A stretch of 64,000 nucleotides of DNA from assembly GCA_040006915.1 (NCBI GenBank), contig JBDTWD010000004.1, forward strand, positions 65,033 through 129,032, read 5' to 3'. A program made the translations under genes and the position numbers. This DNA comes from Candidatus Woesebacteria bacterium. GTDB lineage: Bacteria > Patescibacteriota > Microgenomatia > UBA1400 > UBA12028. Numbering within the stretch: position 1 is the first letter of the stretch; each line of letters begins with the position of its first letter. Below, piece by piece: positions 60,802 to 64,000 of the stretch. Below the pieces are notes generated by a model, which saw nothing but the letters and a program-made list of their open reading frames with translations, had not been told where the DNA came from and did not search any database.

Positions 60802-60931
60802 GATTGATACAGAAAGTGCTATTTGACACTGATAGCAAGAACATGCTACGGTAACTTTTCACTTGTCCGCAGTATAACTTTTTTTCTAGGACGTTATTAT
60901 ATTTTGAAACTGCGATAAGAGGAAAGACGCC

Positions 60932-62176
60932 ATGGTAGATGCCAATTTTCTGTCGACAGCGGTAGTAGCAGGGGTAACCGCAGTAATGATACCCTTTAAC
61001 GCAGTTTCTCACACATTTTCGGAATTTTCGCATCGATACCTGCACACCGCAGACTCAAATGTCTCCGCCCAACCGACACCTACCCCAGAAGCTATTGAAG
61101 CCCTGATGAACCCCAGCGATCCAACCCAACCAACTGTGCTGGGCATGAGCATGGCCGCTGTTCCTACCGCTACCCCATACGTGCGTAGAACACATAATAA
61201 AAATCCGAAACCTTGGCCAAGATCTACAGCAACCCCAACGCCAAGTCCAACTCCAACCCCACTTCCATCACTTGCGCCTACGCCAACTGTAACCGCTACT
61301 CCAAAGCCAACTGCGAATCCAAGCCAACCTGATTTCTCAGGAATGGCCAAACAATGGGGAGCATATACCGGATATGAACCAAGTGATGTCACAACATTTG
61401 AAGCACTTGCTGGAAAACCGATGAATATCGTTGCGACCTTTGTGCACTGGGGAAATGAAAAAGACTTTCCAGTGGACTACGCCCCAGTGGCACGCGACAA
61501 AGATAAAACGCTGCTAATCTTCTGGGAAGCGAAAGACTATAACGTTGACTCAAATGTTCAACCGAGCTTTAACTTTGACTCAGTCATCGCTGGTAAATGG
61601 GATAGTTACTTTACCCAGTTTGCTAAAGATGCCAAAGCCTATAAGGGGAATGTCATTCTTATTCCGTTCGATGAAATGAATGGTAACTGGTCACCGTGGT
61701 CTGGTACATTAAATGGGAACACCCCAGAAAAATATATCGCAGCCTATCGCCATGCTCGTGGATACTTTAAAGATGTTCCTAATGTGAAATTCGGGTGGGC
61801 AGTGAACAATGATTCAGTTCCTGATAGCGGAACGAATAAGTTTGAGAACTACTACCCTGGGGATGAATATGTTGACTACGTCGGAGTCGATGGATTCAAC
61901 TTTAATGATGGAGAATGGGAGAACTGGAGCAATGTCTTTGATGATTCCATCACCAGACTGGAAAAGTATCCAAAGCCAATCTACATTTTCTCGACTGCCT
62001 CAGCGCCAGGTACCAACAAAGCCCAATGGATCCAAGACGGATTCGGAGCTCAAATCAAAAAGCACAAGAACGTTGTAGGGTGGATCTGGTTTAACGAAAA
62101 CAAGGAAAAAGACTGGAGAATTAATTCAGATAGTGCGTCTTTGAATGCCTTTAAACAAGTCATTTCTGGACTCTAA
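60932..62176 (+). CDS. GH26-fold protein 1, nucleophile position Ser
   Basis: P/T linker; PFDEMNGNW, YYPGDEYVDYVGVDGFN, KPIYIFSTAS, WFNENKEKDWR. Confidence 0.85.
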   Translation: MVDANFLSTAVVAGVTAVMIPFNAVSHTFSEFSHRYLHTADSNVSAQPTPTPEAIEALMNPSDPTQPTVLGMSMAAVPTATPYVRRTHNKNPKPWPRSTATPTPSPTPTPLPSLAPTPTVTATPKPTANPSQPDFSGMAKQWGAYTGYEPSDVTTFEALAGKPMNIVATFVHWGNEKDFPVDYAPVARDKDKTLLIFWEAKDYNVDSNVQPSFNFDSVIAGKWDSYFTQFAKDAKAYKGNVILIPFDEMNGNWSPWSGTLNGNTPEKYIAAYRHARGYFKDVPNVKFGWAVNNDSVPDSGTNKFENYYPGDEYVDYVGVDGFNFNDGEWENWSNVFDDSITRLEKYPKPIYIFSTASAPGTNKAQWIQDGFGAQIKKHKNVVGWIWFNENKEKDWRINSDSASLNAFKQVISGL

Positions 62177-62218
62177 TCTTGTTCATAAAAAGAATTATAG
62201 GGTAGGAACTACCCATAC

Positions 62219-62259
62219 AAATAAGGTATACTACTAGGACGTGGTATACCTTATTTTTT
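62219..62259 (+). terminator. Hairpin with T run between GH26 paralogues
   Basis: AAATAAGGTATAC (62219-31) / GTATACCTTATTT (62244-56) followed by Ts. Confidence 0.55.
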
Positions 62260-62260
62260 C

Positions 62261-63289
62261 ATGAAGCTCATTCATTCGCATCCTTATCTGCTCGCTACTT
62301 GTGTGGCTATTCTTCTCTTTACCGTCATCGGCGTTACAGTCGCATTTGCATACATCCAAACCCAAGAAAATCCCAGACTCGGTAATTTATTTCAGCAAGA
62401 ATCTATTCTCCTGGCCCAATTACCCCCAACCCCTGAACCAGTCCCGGATTTTTCCAGTATCCCGAGAATGTGGGGAGCCCACGTCGGTACTACACCTTCG
62501 GATATACCAGTCTTTGAAAAGTTAGTCGGAAAAAAACTGCCAATCGTCGCTACCTTTGTCCACTGGGGCAATGACAAAGTGTTTCCCGAGGATTATGTGC
62601 CATATTTGGATGGTAAAACGCTGCTCATCTTCTGGGAAGCAACAGACTATACCGTTACCACTCCCCTCCAGCCTGAGTACAATTTTGATGCCGTGGTATC
62701 AGGGAAATGGGACGCATACTTTACCGAATTTGCCGCCCAGGCTGCAGCCTATGGAAATCCGGTGATTTTGGTTCCGTTTGATGAGATGAATAGCGACTGG
62801 ACTCCCTGGTCAGGAACGATTAATGGAAATAATCCTCAAAAATATGTGGCTGCCTATCGATATATGCATGACTTTTTTAAAAACGCACCAAACGTAAAAT
62901 TTGGCTGGGCGGTGAATAATGATTCTGTTCCCAATACTCCAGAAAATCGATTCGAAAACTACTATCCTGGAAATGGATATGTCGATTACATTGGAGTGGA
63001 CGGGTTTAACTTTAACGAAGGAGAATGGGAAACTTGGAATAATGTGTTTGACGAGTCTTTAAGTCGTCTGGAAAAATATCCCAAACCCATCTTTATTTTT
63101 TCGACTGCCTCAGCAGAGGGTGTACAAAAAGCTGAATGGATCCATACTGGTTTAGGGAGTGAAATTAAAAAGCACCCAAACGTCGTTGGCTGGATCTGGT
63201 TTAATGAAAAGAAGGAAAAAGATTGGAGGGTAAATTCAGATCCTAAATCTCTCCAATCGTTCAAGCAAGTCATACAGGAGCTACCATGA
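62261..63289 (+). CDS. GH26-fold protein 2, nucleophile position Ser
   Basis: N-terminal TM; PFDEMNSDW, YYPGNGYVDYIGVDGFN, KPIFIFSTAS. Confidence 0.85.
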   Translation: MKLIHSHPYLLATCVAILLFTVIGVTVAFAYIQTQENPRLGNLFQQESILLAQLPPTPEPVPDFSSIPRMWGAHVGTTPSDIPVFEKLVGKKLPIVATFVHWGNDKVFPEDYVPYLDGKTLLIFWEATDYTVTTPLQPEYNFDAVVSGKWDAYFTEFAAQAAAYGNPVILVPFDEMNSDWTPWSGTINGNNPQKYVAAYRYMHDFFKNAPNVKFGWAVNNDSVPNTPENRFENYYPGNGYVDYIGVDGFNFNEGEWETWNNVFDESLSRLEKYPKPIFIFSTASAEGVQKAEWIHTGLGSEIKKHPNVVGWIWFNEKKEKDWRVNSDPKSLQSFKQVIQELP

Positions 63290-64000
63290 AAAAAAAGTTG
63301 AACGTCACTCTACAAAAGCGAAAAATGTTTGAAAAATTCATTCTCATTCTAATTGCCGTGATTGGTATTAGCTCGTTTGTATATTTGCGGTACAAAGAGA
63401 GACCACTGATGTCTCTCCAACCAGCCTCTTCACCCCAAGCAGCCAGACCGACCCCGACAAAACCACTCGAACCATTTCGCTTTGGCGCATACGTCGGTGC
63501 CAATGTATCTGACATGACGGCGTTTGAAAAGACTATCGGTAAACCCCTCCAAATACTGGCTGTTTTTGTCCATTGGGGCAACGAAAAGGATTTTCCCCTC
63601 CAGTATGCTGCTTCTGTACGAGACAGAAAAAAAACTCTGCTTATTTATTGGGAAGCCAAAGACTATACAATCGATTCTGTCACCCAACCTACATTTAATT
63701 TTGATAGCGTTATCCGCGGTGATTGGGATTCGTATTTCAAAAAGTTTGCCGAAGACGCCAAAAGTTATAACGGACCGGTTATTTTAGTTCCGTTTGACGA
63801 AATGAATGGGGATTGGTCACCTTGGTCAGGAACAGTGAATGGAAATAGTCCTGCAAAATATGTGAAAGCCTACCAACACCTGCACGCATTTTTTAAAACT
63901 GCTCCAAACGTAAAATTTGGCTGGGCAGTAAATAATGACTCGGTTCCAGATACGGCAGATAATCAGTTTGAAAAATACTACCCTGGAGATGCATATGTCG
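63286..64000 (+). CDS. GH26-fold protein 3 (runs off window)
   Basis: Manual translation from ATG 63286: MKKKLNV..TM..FGAYVG..FVHWGNE..ILVPFDEMNGDW..YYPGD. Confidence 0.85.
   Translation, partial: MKKKLNVTLQKRKMFEKFILILIAVIGISSFVYLRYKERPLMSLQPASSPQAARPTPTKPLEPFRFGAYVGANVSDMTAFEKTIGKPLQILAVFVHWGNEKDFPLQYAASVRDRKKTLLIYWEAKDYTIDSVTQPTFNFDSVIRGDWDSYFKKFAEDAKSYNGPVILVPFDEMNGDWSPWSGTVNGNSPAKYVKAYQHLHAFFKTAPNVKFGWAVNNDSVPDTADNQFEKYYPGDAYV

Noticed and set aside
1447-63787. Many 60-160 aa ORFs in the track overlapping longer genes in antisense or alternate frames
   Set aside because: They lie within well-supported genes and show no recognisable motifs; treated as shadow ORFs.
60932-64000. Near-repeated DNA blocks as a DGR template/variable repeat or an assembly duplication
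   Set aside because: Differences are not adenine-specific, N-termini differ and no reverse transcriptase is seen; ordinary paralogues.

Overview
Gene-dense, moderately AT-rich bacterial chromosome segment. Gene content, minimal intergenic spacing, a shortened PGK, secG next to an orphan family-5 SBP and many GT-C glycosyltransferases point to Patescibacteria/CPR, Microgenomates-like (inference). TGA is used as a stop. Contents in order: (1) 1-14.6 kb, a minus-strand surface-glycosylation operon (GT2, Wzx flippase, five GT-C transferases, two polyprenyl-P-sugar synthases, gmd, rmd-like, ugd); (2) housekeeping genes (trmD, ftsEX plus a coiled-coil C39 hydrolase, prfB, a Phd-ParE/RelE TA pair, tatD, secG, murF, two cyclophilins, RRM protein, HU); (3) a second envelope cluster (GT2, GT-C, WecA-like, UbiA/DPPR synthase-like, rmlA); (4) a secreted Ig/SH3 protein with a putative Ntox44-like toxin tip, flanked by 13-bp inverted repeats and hairpins; (5) M23 peptidase, pgk, gap, tRNA-Cys; (6) an exopolysaccharide locus ending in a GH5 and three tandem GH26-fold paralogues. 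The two complete GH26 copies have Ser where the catalytic nucleophile Glu is expected. Many genes have a -10 hexamer 6-9 nt before the ATG, suggesting leaderless mRNAs, including two 23-bp bidirectional promoters. All calls come from motif recognition by eye; no searches were run.
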